This document shows positions 10,376 to 19,455 of a DNA stretch of 24,000 nucleotides, piece by piece. How positions within the stretch are numbered: the first letter of the stretch is position 1; every line of letters begins with the position of its first letter. The translations under genes and the position numbers were made by a program. A model generated the notes under the pieces. It saw nothing but the letters and a program-made list of their open reading frames with translations, ran no database searches and was not told the DNA's origin. The DNA is from Bacillus norwichensis (GTDB lineage: Bacteria; Bacillota; Bacilli; Bacillales; Bacillaceae_C): NCBI RefSeq assembly GCF_014836955.1, contig NZ_JACSPV010000001.1, positions 60,765 to 84,764 on the forward strand, in the 5' to 3' direction.

Positions 10376-10404
10376 ATTATACCATAACAGGTGTTCTAAT
10401 ACAA
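10376..10404 (-). promoter_or_regulatory. SigA-type extended -10 promoter directly upstream of the candidate OLE RNA
   Basis: Minus strand reads TTGTAT (10404-10399), a 17-nt spacer ending in TGG, then TATAAT (10381-10376). It starts 10 nt after the ispA stop codon. Confidence 0.6.
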
Positions 10405-10413
10405 ACATTAGTA

Positions 10414-11298
10414 TTAATGGGTGCGTTCAGCTATTAGATCAGTGATTTGACTAAGGATTGCAGTATTTACATGTGTTTGGTCAAGTGCTTTTTTTGCCTC
10501 TTTAATGTGGAAGAAAAGATGCTCCTTCGCACCTTCAAGTGTAAGAACGGACGGATATGTGCTTTTATGTCTACCAGTGTCACTTCCTACTGGTTTTCCC
10601 ATCACTTCTTCATCGCCTGTCACATCCAGGATGTCATCGCTGATTTGGAAGCTCAAACCTAAATGATGTGAAAATTGTTTAAAGAAGTCCAACTGCCGGC
10701 TGTCGGCGCCGCCTATAATAGCTCCCGCAAGAACACTGAATGTTAGAAGCTTACCAGTTTTATGAATATGGATATATTCAAGTTCACTGATTCCCAGTTC
10801 TTTATTCTCGCCTTCCATATCGGCAACCTGACCTGCGACCATCCCTTCCGGACCTGCACACTTAGACAGCAAGCTGAGCAGTTCAGCTTTTTGACCAGCC
10901 AGTAAATGTTGATCGTCGGCGATTAACTGAAAGCTGTATGTAAGGAGCCCATCCCCTGCTAAAATGGCCATTGCTTCACCAAACACTTTATGATTTGTTG
11001 GTTTACCCCTTCTGAGATCATCATTATCCATACTTGGGAGATCATCATGGACCAATGAATAAGTATGAATCATTTCCAGAGCAACAGACGTTGCCAATCC
11101 AGCCTCCGACTTTTTCCCAAAGGAGTCCAGTACAGCAAAAAGCAGAAGAGGCCTGATTCTTTTTCCTCCAGCTTCAAGAGAATATGCCATTGCGTCCTTC
11201 AATATAGACGGAGCATCAAGCCGAGAGATACACTCCTCTAGTTCCTTGTTTAAAATTTCCTTGTGTCTTTCCATGAAGTCATTCAAAATATCCGTCAA
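10414..11298 (-). CDS. ispA: Farnesyl diphosphate synthase (polyprenyl synthetase family)
   Basis: 294 aa with both aspartate-rich motifs (LVHDDLPSMDNDDLRRG and FQISDDILD). The TTG start overlaps the xseB stop (TTGA). GAGGAGGAT lies upstream. Confidence 0.95.
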   Translation of the reverse strand: MTDILNDFMERHKEILNKELEECISRLDAPSILKDAMAYSLEAGGKRIRPLLLFAVLDSFGKKSEAGLATSVALEMIHTYSLVHDDLPSMDNDDLRRGKPTNHKVFGEAMAILAGDGLLTYSFQLIADDQHLLAGQKAELLSLLSKCAGPEGMVAGQVADMEGENKELGISELEYIHIHKTGKLLTFSVLAGAIIGGADSRQLDFFKQFSHHLGLSFQISDDILDVTGDEEVMGKPVGSDTGRHKSTYPSVLTLEGAKEHLFFHIKEAKKALDQTHVNTAILSQITDLIAERTH

Positions 11299-11525
11299 GC
11301 TTGATCCTCCTCACTAACTTGGAACTCTTCTTCACCGTTTTCTGTTAAAACCTTCGTCAACTTTTCCTCAGCATATTTTAACTTATCATGACAGGTTTTG
11401 GAAAGTTCCATCCCTTTTTGATATATTTCAAGTGCTTCTTCCAATGGGATATCTCCTTCTTCCAACCTTTTTATGATTACTTCAAGCTGCTCTAGAGCTT
11501 CCTCAAAAGTCAGTTTCCCGCTCAT
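11295..11525 (-). CDS. xseB: Exodeoxyribonuclease VII small subunit
   Basis: 76 aa. [17 protein letters not shown]...Y..G is typical of XseB. The ATG overlaps the xseA stop (ATGA). Confidence 0.95.
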   Translation of the reverse strand: MSGKLTFEEALEQLEVIIKRLEEGDIPLEEALEIYQKGMELSKTCHDKLKYAEEKLTKVLTENGEEEFQVSEEDQA

Positions 11526-12880
11526 TCTTTTGCACCTTCTTCTTTATTATCGATTGTACAATTCAGTTTTCCATCTACAAGAGTCAGCACCAATTTATCC
11601 CCGATTTCCCCCTGGTGGACACTTTTTATGAGCTTTCCCTCTTCTGTATGTGCCACGTTAAAGCCTCTACGAAGTATACTTAAAGGGTTCAGAGCGTCAA
11701 GTGTAGCCGTTTTCCCCATAAATTCGGTAATTTTCGATTTAATGACCGCATGCACTTCCTGCTGGAGTCTTTTTTCAGCTCGTTCAGCCCGTTCTTTATT
11801 CATTTCCACCAGTGCAGAGGGATGACTTCTTGCAAGCCGGCTGCTCAGTTCTGCATAACGGTTTTTTTTCTGAACAATAATATGGTTATGTGCTGTTTGA
11901 AGGGTTTCTTTCATTCTGTCAAGCTGCTCCCATTTTTGCTCGTACAGCTTATGGGGGTTTCTCAGTATGTAAGACTGCTCCATATAATTCAATTGATTTC
12001 GCCTTGTTTTGATGATGGCTCCCATGGCTTGATAAAGCCGGGCTTTCCGCTGCAAAAGCTGTTCTAAGAGATCTTCGATATGAGGAACTGCCAATTCCGC
12101 TGCTGCTGTAGGAGTTGCGGCTCTAAGATCGGCAACAAAGTCTGCAATCGTCACATCTGTCTCATGACCGACCGCGGAAATAACAGGAATGCGTGATCCG
12201 AAGATCGCCCTTGCTACTACCTCTTCATTAAACGCCCATAATTCTTCAATAGATCCCCCACCGCGTCCAACAATTAAGACATCGGCAACATTACCTGCAT
12301 TTGCTTTCTGTATTGCTTCGGCGATTGTCTTGGAAGCAAGTTTCCCTTGTACAAGGGCAGGGATAACCAATATTTGTCCCATGGGATATCTGCGTTTGAT
12401 CGTGGTGATAATATCCCGGATTGCAGCACCTGTAGGAGAAGTAATGATACCTATTACCTTAGGAAAAGCCGGAATGGGCTTTTTAGATTCCCTCGAAAAC
12501 AGTCCTTCCTTTCCAAGCTTTTCTTTCAATTGTTCAAAAGCAAGAAAAAGTTCACCTATTCCATCAGGCTGCATCTCTTGAACATAGATTTGATATTGCC
12601 CGCTCATTTCATAGACGCTTATGCTTCCTCTAAGAAGAACATTCATGCCGTTTTCTGGGATAAACTTCATTCCAGAAGCATTTCTAGCAAACATAACAGC
12701 CATAATCCGTGCATCTTCATCTTTCAATGTAAAATACATGTGGCCGCTTGAGTGTTTTTTAAAGTTGGAGATTTCTCCTTTAACATACACCTGCTCCAAG
12801 TGAGGGTCTGCATCAAATTTTCTTTTTATATATTTCGTTAAAGCTTTTACCGTCAAATATTCTGGATGTTGAATGTCCAA
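11522..12880 (-). CDS. xseA: Exodeoxyribonuclease VII large subunit
   Basis: Strong match to B. subtilis XseA ([27 protein letters not shown]). Start moved from 12961 to TTG at 12880, which lies 5 nt after GGAGGGGAG and gives 452 aa (B. subtilis about 448). The extra 27 track codons fall in repeat sequence. Confidence 0.93.
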   Translation of the reverse strand: MDIQHPEYLTVKALTKYIKRKFDADPHLEQVYVKGEISNFKKHSSGHMYFTLKDEDARIMAVMFARNASGMKFIPENGMNVLLRGSISVYEMSGQYQIYVQEMQPDGIGELFLAFEQLKEKLGKEGLFSRESKKPIPAFPKVIGIITSPTGAAIRDIITTIKRRYPMGQILVIPALVQGKLASKTIAEAIQKANAGNVADVLIVGRGGGSIEELWAFNEEVVARAIFGSRIPVISAVGHETDVTIADFVADLRAATPTAAAELAVPHIEDLLEQLLQRKARLYQAMGAIIKTRRNQLNYMEQSYILRNPHKLYEQKWEQLDRMKETLQTAHNHIIVQKKNRYAELSSRLARSHPSALVEMNKERAERAEKRLQQEVHAVIKSKITEFMGKTATLDALNPLSILRRGFNVAHTEEGKLIKSVHQGEIGDKLVLTLVDGKLNCTIDNKEEGAKE

Positions 12881-12912
12881 ACTGCTCCCCTCCACTTCTT
12901 GTAGTATCAAGT

Positions 12913-13309
12913 GACGTACAGGATGTACTAGCGCAAACGATGCGACAGGACATCGCCTCATCCATGCACCTTCATTTTCTATTTTACACCGATTACCGTG
13001 TTTATGCCTTTTGTGATTTAATGAAGAAAATTAAAAGGCGCGCAGTCATAGGCGACAAGCACAAGGCGAATTTTAATGAGGGAGGAAGTCCCTTACCCAC
13101 CACAGCAAAGCTACTCATGTTCATTACATCGTGAAAAACTGATGTTTCATGACAGCTTTGTGACGAAGGAAACAATGATTCCTTGAACTGTACAGCAGGA
13201 GTACATTCTGACAAAATAAACTTCTGCGTGATTTGGTCCCTATGCCATGGGGCCTCTGCGTCTAATACTTCTTGTCCGTCGGCAGGCTCAGATCGCGACA
13301 TCCTGTCGC
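12913..13309. repeat. Copy (C) of the dispersed structured repeat family, filling an approximately 550-bp folD-xseA gap
   Basis: GACGTACAGGATG at 12913-12925. Quasi-palindrome GCGACAGGACATCGC at 12942-12956. Perfect hairpin GCGACA-TCC-TGTCGC at 13295-13309. An AAAAGGCGCGCAG...ATAGGC...ACAAG block at 13033-13066 is collinear with copy A at 391-437. Confidence 0.45.
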
Positions 13310-13373
13310 TGGAGAAAGATAAACCTTCCCTTGAATAAAATTTCCCATAACAAGTTATACTTTCATTACTCAC

Positions 13374-13407
13374 AAAAAAGCTGCCTCTTTTTTATAGTCG
13401 ACAGCTT
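13374..13407 (-). terminator. Possible weak terminator after folD
   Basis: Minus strand: AAGCTG (13407-13402) pairs with CAGCTT (13383-13378), then TTTTGTG follows. The 18-nt loop is long for an intrinsic terminator. Confidence 0.3.
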
Positions 13408-13437
13408 CTAGCAATTCATATTATATTCTACTATTAT

Positions 13438-14304
13438 TTAATTGTCATTGCGATCATTTAAACGCTTTTGTGCTGATTTTACAGTATTATACAAAAGCAT
13501 TGTAATTGTCATTGGTCCGACTCCACCAGGAACCGGTGTTATATGAGAAGCTTTGTTTTTTACATCTTCAAAGTCGACATCACCGCATAATTTGCCGTTT
13601 TCATCTTTATTCATGCCGACATCAATGACTACAGCCCCCTCCTTCACATGATCAGCTTTAACCATTTTCGCTCTTCCAACAGCTGCTACAAGAATATCCG
13701 CCTGTTGTGTGAAAGATTTCAGATCATTCGTTCTTGAATGACAGTATGTAACTGTTGCATTTTCATTCAACAACAATTGTCCCATCGGTTTTCCCACAAT
13801 ATTACTTCTGCCAATGATGACAGCATGTTTGCCCTCAAGATTAACGCCAATGTATTTCAGCATTTGCATGACTCCAAAAGGTGTACATGGCAAAAATGTT
13901 TCTTGTCCAGTCATCATCTTTCCGATATTGATAGGATGAAACCCATCTACGTCTTTTTCCGGAGAGATGGTTTCAATGACTTTTGTCTCAGAAATATGTG
14001 GAGGGATTGGAAGTTGGACCAAAATGCCATGGATGGTGTCATCTTCATTCAATTCCTTGATTTTATCAAGAAGCTCCTTTTCGCTCACATCTGCTGGATA
14101 TTCAATCAGCACAGATTCCATTCCGATAGCTCTGCAGCTTTTTTGTTTGGATGTCACATAGGTGCGTGATGCAGGATTATCTCCAACCAGAATGACTGCA
14201 AGGCCAGGTTTTACACCTTTGGCTGTCAGTTCAGCCACTTCTATTTCAAGCCCTTTTCTTATTTCCTGAGATATTTGTTTTCCATCGATCAGCTTTGCTG
14301 TCAT
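13438..14304 (-). CDS. folD: Bifunctional methylenetetrahydrofolate dehydrogenase/cyclohydrolase
   Basis: Near-colinear match to B. subtilis FolD ([41 protein letters not shown]). The second ATG (14304) was chosen because AGGAGGA directly abuts the first ATG at 14310. The resulting MTAKLIDGK matches B. subtilis MTATIIDGK. Confidence 0.96.
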   Translation of the reverse strand: MTAKLIDGKQISQEIRKGLEIEVAELTAKGVKPGLAVILVGDNPASRTYVTSKQKSCRAIGMESVLIEYPADVSEKELLDKIKELNEDDTIHGILVQLPIPPHISETKVIETISPEKDVDGFHPINIGKMMTGQETFLPCTPFGVMQMLKYIGVNLEGKHAVIIGRSNIVGKPMGQLLLNENATVTYCHSRTNDLKSFTQQADILVAAVGRAKMVKADHVKEGAVVIDVGMNKDENGKLCGDVDFEDVKNKASHITPVPGGVGPMTITMLLYNTVKSAQKRLNDRNDN

Positions 14305-14315
14305 CGTCATTCCTC

Positions 14316-14708
14316 CTACTGTTCTTCCCCGTTGATTTTCGATAAAATTCCATTGACAAACTGTCCCGATTTTTCATCTCCGAATGTTTTCGCTACTTCA
14401 ATCGCTTCATTTATAGCCACATTTGGAGGAACCTCAGTAAATTTTAATTCATATGTTCCGACACGCAGCACATTCAAGTCAACCTTGCCTAGCCGGTCAA
14501 GAGACCACTTTTTCAGATGGCTACTAATTTCTTTGTCGATCTCTTTCAAGTTAGCAGCAGTACCCATAATCAAATCATGCAAGAAATCATCAGATTCTCC
14601 ATCTTGCAGCACATTCCTCAAGGCATCTTTGGGAGGAATATCGCTCATATCTATTTGAAATAAGGCCTGCAAAGCTTTTTCGCGCGCTTCTCTTCTTTTC
14701 ATTTTCAA
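14316..14708 (-). CDS. nusB: Transcription antitermination factor NusB
   Basis: 130 aa. [15 protein letters not shown] and NEAIE.AK.FGD....FVNG.L match NusB. AAAGGAG at 14720-14714. The start is either TTG at 14708 or ATG at 14702. Confidence 0.94.
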   Translation of the reverse strand: MKMKRREAREKALQALFQIDMSDIPPKDALRNVLQDGESDDFLHDLIMGTAANLKEIDKEISSHLKKWSLDRLGKVDLNVLRVGTYELKFTEVPPNVAINEAIEVAKTFGDEKSGQFVNGILSKINGEEQ

Positions 14709-14796
14709 AAAAGCTCCTTTAGTCTAGGCATTTCAGCCATTTGAGTTTTTCTTAGCTTACCACACAAGAAGAAAAACAAGCATTCGGTCTGCCATT

Positions 14797-14826
14797 TAAA
14801 AATGCCAAAGGGGTTTCACCTTTGGC
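14797..14826 (-). terminator. Rho-independent terminator after the Asp23-family gene
   Basis: Minus strand: GCCAAAGG, loop TGAAACC, CCTTTGGC (8-bp stem), followed by ATTTTTA. Confidence 0.65.
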
Positions 14827-14831
14827 CTGGT

Positions 14832-15248
14832 CTATTCCGTCTCAAATTCTTCTTCAGATTCCTGTTTGCTTTGATCGAATGTCACACCAACAATATGGAT
14901 ATTCACTTCTTCTACTTCCAGTGCCGTCATGTTGAACAATGCCTGGCGAATATTATCCTGAACTTTTTGGGCAACCGACGGAATCGAAACACCGAAGTTC
15001 ATAATACAATATACATCCACAATGATTCCTTCTTCAGAGAGTTCCACCCGGATTCCTTTTCCGTGGTTTTTCTTTCCGAGTCTTTCAACCACTCCAGATG
15101 CAAAATTGCCCCTCATTTGAGCGACGCCTTCTACTTCTGAAGCGGCAATACCAGCTATTACTTCAATCACTTCAGGAGCTATTTCAATTTTCCCGTGATC
15201 CTGTCCGCTTTCTTGCGTCATTTCGAGCATGTTCAATTGATCTTCCAT
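14832..15248 (-). CDS. Asp23/Gls24-family alkaline shock protein (YqhY-like)
   Basis: The IAPEVIEVIAGIAASEVEGVA core is typical of Asp23/DUF322. Position between accC and nusB matches B. subtilis yqhY. Start moved to ATG at 15248, 6 nt after GGAGGTG. The track GTG at 15257 lies inside that SD. Confidence 0.9.
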   Translation of the reverse strand: MEDQLNMLEMTQESGQDHGKIEIAPEVIEVIAGIAASEVEGVAQMRGNFASGVVERLGKKNHGKGIRVELSEEGIIVDVYCIMNFGVSIPSVAQKVQDNIRQALFNMTALEVEEVNIHIVGVTFDQSKQESEEEFETE

Positions 15249-15269
15249 TAAAGGCACCTCCGTTTATTT

Positions 15270-16619
15270 TTAATTCATGACTGAATGCAGTTCCAGAAAC
15301 TTCGTATTGAAGTCTCCACTCACAAACGTTTCATTTTCCAGCAGCTTCAAGTGGAAAGGAATAGTCGTGTGAACCCCTTCAATGATGAACTCCTCAAGCG
15401 CACGTTTCATTCTTGCGATGGCCTCTTCCCTTGTAGAACCATAGGTAATCAATTTAGCAATCATGGAGTCATAGTAAGGCGGGATCGTATATCCAGGATA
15501 TACACCTGAATCCACACGTACTCCCATCCCTCCTGGAGGCAAGTACATCTCAATTTTTCCCGCGGAAGGCATGAAGCCTTTTTCTGGATTTTCAGCGTTG
15601 ATCCGGCATTCGATAGACCAACCACTAAACTCAACATCCTTCTGTTTCACCGACAATTCTTGGCCTGATGCAACTAGGATCTGTTCTTTAATCAGATCAA
15701 TCCCTGTTACCATTTCAGTGACGGGATGCTCCACCTGAATTCGTGTGTTCATCTCCATAAAATAAAATTCCTGATTTTTATGGTCATAAATGAACTCAAC
15801 TGTTCCCGCACCAGTATAATCAACCGCTTCTGCCGCCTTTACAGCGGCCGTTCCCATAGTTTCTCGCATTTCTTCATTGAGTGCTGGGGACGGAGTTTCT
15901 TCCAAAAGCTTCTGAAGCCTGCGCTGAATTGAACAGTCTCTCTCTCCTAAATGGATTGTATTCCCATGTGTATCTGCCAATACTTGAATTTCAACATGGC
16001 GGAAATCATCGATATATTTTTCGATATACACCCCTGGATTTCCGAATGCGACAGCTGCCTCTTGCTGAGTGATTTCAATCCCTTTAATTAACTCTTCTAC
16101 CGTTTTAGCCACTCGAATTCCACGGCCGCCGCCGCCCGCTGTGGCCTTAATGATTACAGGATATCCAATTTCCTCAGCAATTTTCTTTGCCTCATCAACC
16201 GTTTCAACAATTCCATCGGAGCCAGGTACAATTGGTACTCCTGCGGCCTTCATTGTTGAACGAGCAACATCTTTTGTCCCCATCCTTGTTATGGCTTCTG
16301 GGCTCGGCCCAACAAAAATGATATTGCATTCGCGGCATACCTCAGCAAAATCCGCATTTTCAGCTAAGAACCCATAGCCAGGATGAATGGCGTCACATTC
16401 CGTCAATTTAGCAACACTGATAACATTGGCTGAATTCAAATAACTGTCTTTGGAGGCTGTAGGCCCGATGCAATAAGCCTCATCTGCCAATTGCACATGC
16501 AATGCTTCTTTGTCGGCTTCAGAATATACAGCAACTGTTTCTATATCCAGTTCCATGCAAGCGCGTATAATACGGACAGCAATTTCTCCCCTGTTTGCTA
16601 TTAAAAGTTTCTTTATCAT
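15270..16619 (-). CDS. accC: Acetyl-CoA carboxylase biotin carboxylase subunit
   Basis: 449 aa. N-terminal [21 protein letters not shown]-grasp motifs (GGGGRGIR) and [14 protein letters not shown]. Confidence 0.98.
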   Translation of the reverse strand: MIKKLLIANRGEIAVRIIRACMELDIETVAVYSEADKEALHVQLADEAYCIGPTASKDSYLNSANVISVAKLTECDAIHPGYGFLAENADFAEVCRECNIIFVGPSPEAITRMGTKDVARSTMKAAGVPIVPGSDGIVETVDEAKKIAEEIGYPVIIKATAGGGGRGIRVAKTVEELIKGIEITQQEAAVAFGNPGVYIEKYIDDFRHVEIQVLADTHGNTIHLGERDCSIQRRLQKLLEETPSPALNEEMRETMGTAAVKAAEAVDYTGAGTVEFIYDHKNQEFYFMEMNTRIQVEHPVTEMVTGIDLIKEQILVASGQELSVKQKDVEFSGWSIECRINAENPEKGFMPSAGKIEMYLPPGGMGVRVDSGVYPGYTIPPYYDSMIAKLITYGSTREEAIARMKRALEEFIIEGVHTTIPFHLKLLENETFVSGDFNTKFLELHSVMN

Positions 16620-16631
16620 TTATTTCGCTCC

Positions 16632-17141
16632 TTACTTGGGCTCAACTAAAAATAGCGGTTGGCCATACTCCACAAGTTCGCCATCCTTCACAAGGATTTC
16701 CACTATCTTACCTTCAACTTCCGCCTCGATCTCGTTAAACAGCTTCATTGCTTCTACGATACACACGATAGAGTCAGAGGTGACTTCAGAACCGACTTTC
16801 ACATAAGGATCGCTATCTGGAGAGGAAGCCTGATAAAAAGTTCCAACCATCGGAGAAACAATTTTATGTAAATGGCTATTTTCTACGACCTCCTGCACTG
16901 GAGCTGTTTCAGACGCAGCAGGAGCTTTTTCTACTGCCGGGACTTCAGGGACAACTTCCTGGCGAATGACAGGCTGCGGTTCCTGAACCACTTCTGTCAC
17001 ATATTGAATAGTCTCCTGAGCAGGTTTATTTACTCTTTTTTTCAGCTCGATTTTCGAGCCGTCATGCTTATAGACAAACTCCTCAATGTCAGATTGATCA
17101 ATAAGTTTTATAATTTCACGGATTTCCTGAATCTTCAGCAT
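16632..17141 (-). CDS. accB: Acetyl-CoA carboxylase biotin carboxyl carrier protein
   Basis: Biotinylation motif CIVEAMKLFNEIEAE and a Pro/Ala/Glu/Val-rich linker. Start moved to ATG at 17141, 6 nt after AAGGAGTG. The track GTG at 17150 lies inside the SD. Confidence 0.95.
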   Translation of the reverse strand: MLKIQEIREIIKLIDQSDIEEFVYKHDGSKIELKKRVNKPAQETIQYVTEVVQEPQPVIRQEVVPEVPAVEKAPAASETAPVQEVVENSHLHKIVSPMVGTFYQASSPDSDPYVKVGSEVTSDSIVCIVEAMKLFNEIEAEVEGKIVEILVKDGELVEYGQPLFLVEPK

Positions 17142-17178
17142 ACACGACACTCCTTAAAAATTATGAGTAGCTCTTAAT

Positions 17179-17208
17179 ATCATAATATAACAGGTTATAT
17201 AAATTCAA
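17179..17208 (-). promoter_or_regulatory. Possible SigA promoter for accB-accC
   Basis: Minus strand: TTGAAT (17208-17203), 18-nt spacer, TATGAT (17184-17179), about 35 nt upstream of the accB SD. Confidence 0.35.
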
Positions 17209-17247
17209 CGACGACAGGGTAAATATACAGAAATAAATAGTAAAATG

Positions 17248-17560
17248 CAACAAGAAAAGTAAAGATGCCTGTTTATCGACGTACAGACTGGAGAGGTTCT
17301 GACGAGATAATGGAAACACGCGCAACGAAGTGAAGCGATGTTGACTTATCGTAGGAAGAACCTTGAAGTCTGATAGTCGATAGGCATCGGAACTAGACAA
17401 CAAGAAAAGTAAAGACGCTGTCCATCAGCATTAGATAGGCGGGGGAAAATCTTCAAAACGTGGTTAGCGGAGTACCCAGATGACTCAAGCCACGATGCTC
17501 TATCATATGTTACGTCATGGTCAACATCTAATCAACAAACTGCTAGTCATTCTGACAACG
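17248..17560. repeat. Copy (D) of the dispersed repeat family in plus orientation; two diverged tandem units, the first a rod-like hairpin
   Basis: Exact 18-nt direct repeat CAACAAGAAAAGTAAAGA at 17248-17265 and 17398-17415 (150-bp period). Family motifs GATGCCTGT 17264-17272, CGACGTACAG 17277-17286, GAAGCGATGTTG 17332-17343. Five nested helices lie between 17264 and 17388. Confidence 0.5.
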
Positions 17561-17574
17561 AAAAAAATGCGCTC

Positions 17575-17611
17575 AAAAAAGAAAGACGGACAGGCCCCCT
17601 TCCTCTCCATC
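17575..17611 (-). terminator. Rho-independent terminator of the spoIIIA operon
   Basis: Minus strand: GATGGAGAGG, loop AAGGGGG, CCTGTCCGTC (10-bp stem with one G-U pair and one mismatch), followed by TTTCTTTTTT. It starts 7 nt after the spoIIIAH stop. Confidence 0.7.
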
Positions 17612-17617
17612 GTGTTC

Positions 17618-18148
17618 CTATTTTGTTTGAAACTCAACCGTGGCAACCGTCTGTGTACCGATTTCCTCCCTGACCACCTGCAGGATACGTGCGGCATCAG
17701 CCTTGGAATGCTCTTTAGCTATTACTGTAATCAGCATTTCATTATTATCGGTCCGGACCAGCGCATCATCGTATCCAAGAGACTTGATGAGGCTTTCCAA
17801 AGTCCTCTCTTTCGTGTCAAGAGCGGTTAAATCCTGCAGCTTTGAGTATAATTCACTTTTCTCTTTAGCAGTTAGATCAGAGGAGCCAACCTGGGAAGTT
17901 AATTCTGTTCTTTCTTTACTGCGTTTATCCTGAACTTCCATCCTTATCGTTTCAAATGCCTCATCTCCAGATGCTTCCGTAATCACTTTCATATCTTTTT
18001 CATTTGTTGCCATTTCACTGGAAGTCTCTTCTTTTCCACCTGTCGCCAAGTCATTCTTGGCCGGGTCAGACGTCACATAATATACGGACAGTACTACGAC
18101 AAGGCTCAGCATCGTTAAGAGCCAAACTGTCTGTTTCTTTAAAAGCAT
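17618..18148 (-). CDS. spoIIIAH: Stage III sporulation protein AH (feeding-tube channel, YscJ/FliF-like)
   Basis: 176 aa. The N-terminus MLKKQTVWLLTMLSLVVVLSVYY is identical to the B. subtilis SpoIIIAH N-terminus as I recall it. The start overlaps the spoIIIAG stop (TAATG). Confidence 0.93.
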   Translation of the reverse strand: MLLKKQTVWLLTMLSLVVVLSVYYVTSDPAKNDLATGGKEETSSEMATNEKDMKVITEASGDEAFETIRMEVQDKRSKERTELTSQVGSSDLTAKEKSELYSKLQDLTALDTKERTLESLIKSLGYDDALVRTDNNEMLITVIAKEHSKADAARILQVVREEIGTQTVATVEFQTK

Positions 18149-18816
18149 TATGAATCCCCCTTTGACTTTTTCGGCATGACAGCCACTTTATGACTTGGAA
18201 CATTCAGACCTCTTGTTACTGCCTCGACGATCCACTTTTTTACCTGGATATTTTCAGCTCCACCTGCTACCACAAGAACCCCCTCAATCTCCGGCTTTCT
18301 TGTTTCCAAAACAATCGGAACCTCTTTGTCCCCATCCTTGATTAGGACAAGCTGGTCCTCAGTTGATTGATCTTCGATCTTTCTCGTTCCGCCTTCTTTA
18401 TCTTCTTCCACTGTCGTTTGATTTTTTAAAGTCTGGTTTTTTTCCAACACTGTTTTTTCTGTTGCTTCAACATTTACAACAACTGTAACATCTTGCACAC
18501 CAGCTATTTGTTCCAGAGCTTCTTTCAATTGATTTTCATATCGATTCTCCAATTCTGTCATACCATTTTCAGAGTCTTTTTTTCTGCCAAAGGCTTCTGC
18601 ATCATCAGCACCAGCTTCCAAATCTTTCATGACTGCCGCTGAATCTTTCTCTTCTCCAGCTTTCCATAAATCGGAGATGATCATTAAGGCCGCGCCCACA
18701 AGCACAAGAATAAGAACGTAAAAAAGTTTGTTGTTTTTCTTTTGTGATGGATTTCCTTTAGGATCTCCTGTCAATAAATTTTTCAACCAATCAAGAGGAC
18801 CGTTATTTTTACTCAC
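18148..18816 (-). CDS. spoIIIAG: Stage III sporulation protein AG
   Basis: 222 aa. Single N-terminal TM helix and a conserved C-terminal V.GV.VVA.GA......I..AV block. The GTG start overlaps the spoIIIAF stop. Operon order supports the call. Confidence 0.92.
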   Translation of the reverse strand: MSKNNGPLDWLKNLLTGDPKGNPSQKKNNKLFYVLILVLVGAALMIISDLWKAGEEKDSAAVMKDLEAGADDAEAFGRKKDSENGMTELENRYENQLKEALEQIAGVQDVTVVVNVEATEKTVLEKNQTLKNQTTVEEDKEGGTRKIEDQSTEDQLVLIKDGDKEVPIVLETRKPEIEGVLVVAGGAENIQVKKWIVEAVTRGLNVPSHKVAVMPKKSKGDS

Positions 18817-19439
18817 GGATCATCGGTTCCTCCCTTCACTACCAATTCTATTTTCGAATCTGGCACGTCCCATTCGCTTGCGAGCATGTTTCGGAGCTCT
18901 TTAGTCCTCCTGGATTGATTAAGCCTTGGCTGATCCTTAATCTGAATTGATACCTGTTCCACCTCAGCCACCGAATCTTTTTTTCTCGTCGGCTCGACAT
19001 AGACAGTTATTTTATTAATAGATTTCAAAATGCTTTCCGCATCCTGCGCGGGAGAAGAAGTGCTGGATATATCGATATTAGTTATGGTCATGCCATGACT
19101 TGCAATCATCTCCTTTTCCACTTTCTCTTTAAGTTGGACAGCCATTTGCTCTAATATATATGCATGCTGTGATGTTTCTATTTCTCTTTTTTTTTCTTCC
19201 AATGATTTTTCCATATCTGTGTTCGGGTTACTTTGATCATTTAAAAATGATTGTAAAGCTTGATCAAAATCAGTTGAGAGAAACTTAAATATGGGCGTCA
19301 CGACAATTGAAATCAACAAGAGACCTACAACAAACTTCACATATTTCTTCATCGCTGTATCCGGGAGAAGCATGTCCACAATCATAGCCAGCAGAATAAA
19401 AATAACGATATTTATAACCCATTCTGAAATAAGCTGCAT
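18813..19439 (-). CDS. spoIIIAF: Stage III sporulation protein AF
   Basis: 208 aa. Two N-terminal TM helices (W..NI..F.LLA.I.D.LLP....KY.K...GL). GGGAGGGA SD. Operon order supports the call. Confidence 0.9.
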   Translation of the reverse strand: MQLISEWVINIVIFILLAMIVDMLLPDTAMKKYVKFVVGLLLISIVVTPIFKFLSTDFDQALQSFLNDQSNPNTDMEKSLEEKKREIETSQHAYILEQMAVQLKEKVEKEMIASHGMTITNIDISSTSSPAQDAESILKSINKITVYVEPTRKKDSVAEVEQVSIQIKDQPRLNQSRRTKELRNMLASEWDVPDSKIELVVKGGTDDP

Positions 19440-19455
19440 GAAAATTCCCTCCCTA

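Noticed and set aside
13002-13373. 123-aa minus-strand ORF filling the folD-xseA insert
   Set aside because: It has a GTG start with no SD, placed directly after a terminator-like hairpin. The translation (SSDRMSRSEPADGQEV...) is Ser/Cys-rich and unlike a folded protein. The frame runs through repeat-family hairpins. A stop-free run of this length is somewhat unusual in AT-moderate DNA, so a small protein cannot be fully excluded without a homology search or Ribo-seq.
17161-17403. 80-aa minus-strand ORF between accB and the repeat
   Set aside because: It spans the putative accB promoter and half of the rod-like hairpin. It has no SD and a low-complexity Leu/Ser/Tyr translation.
17248-17415. 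Possibility that the 18-nt direct repeats are a CRISPR remnant
   Set aside because: There are only two copies, 150 bp apart, which is far longer than any spacer. The repeat is not palindromic, there are no cas genes, and the intervening sequence is itself a hairpin related to other copies of the family.
17480-17830. 116-aa plus-strand ORF with a GGAG 7 nt upstream of its ATG
   Set aside because: It runs through the spoIIIA terminator and then about 70 codons antisense to spoIIIAH. It has no domain signature. The GGAG is part of a local stem in the repeat.
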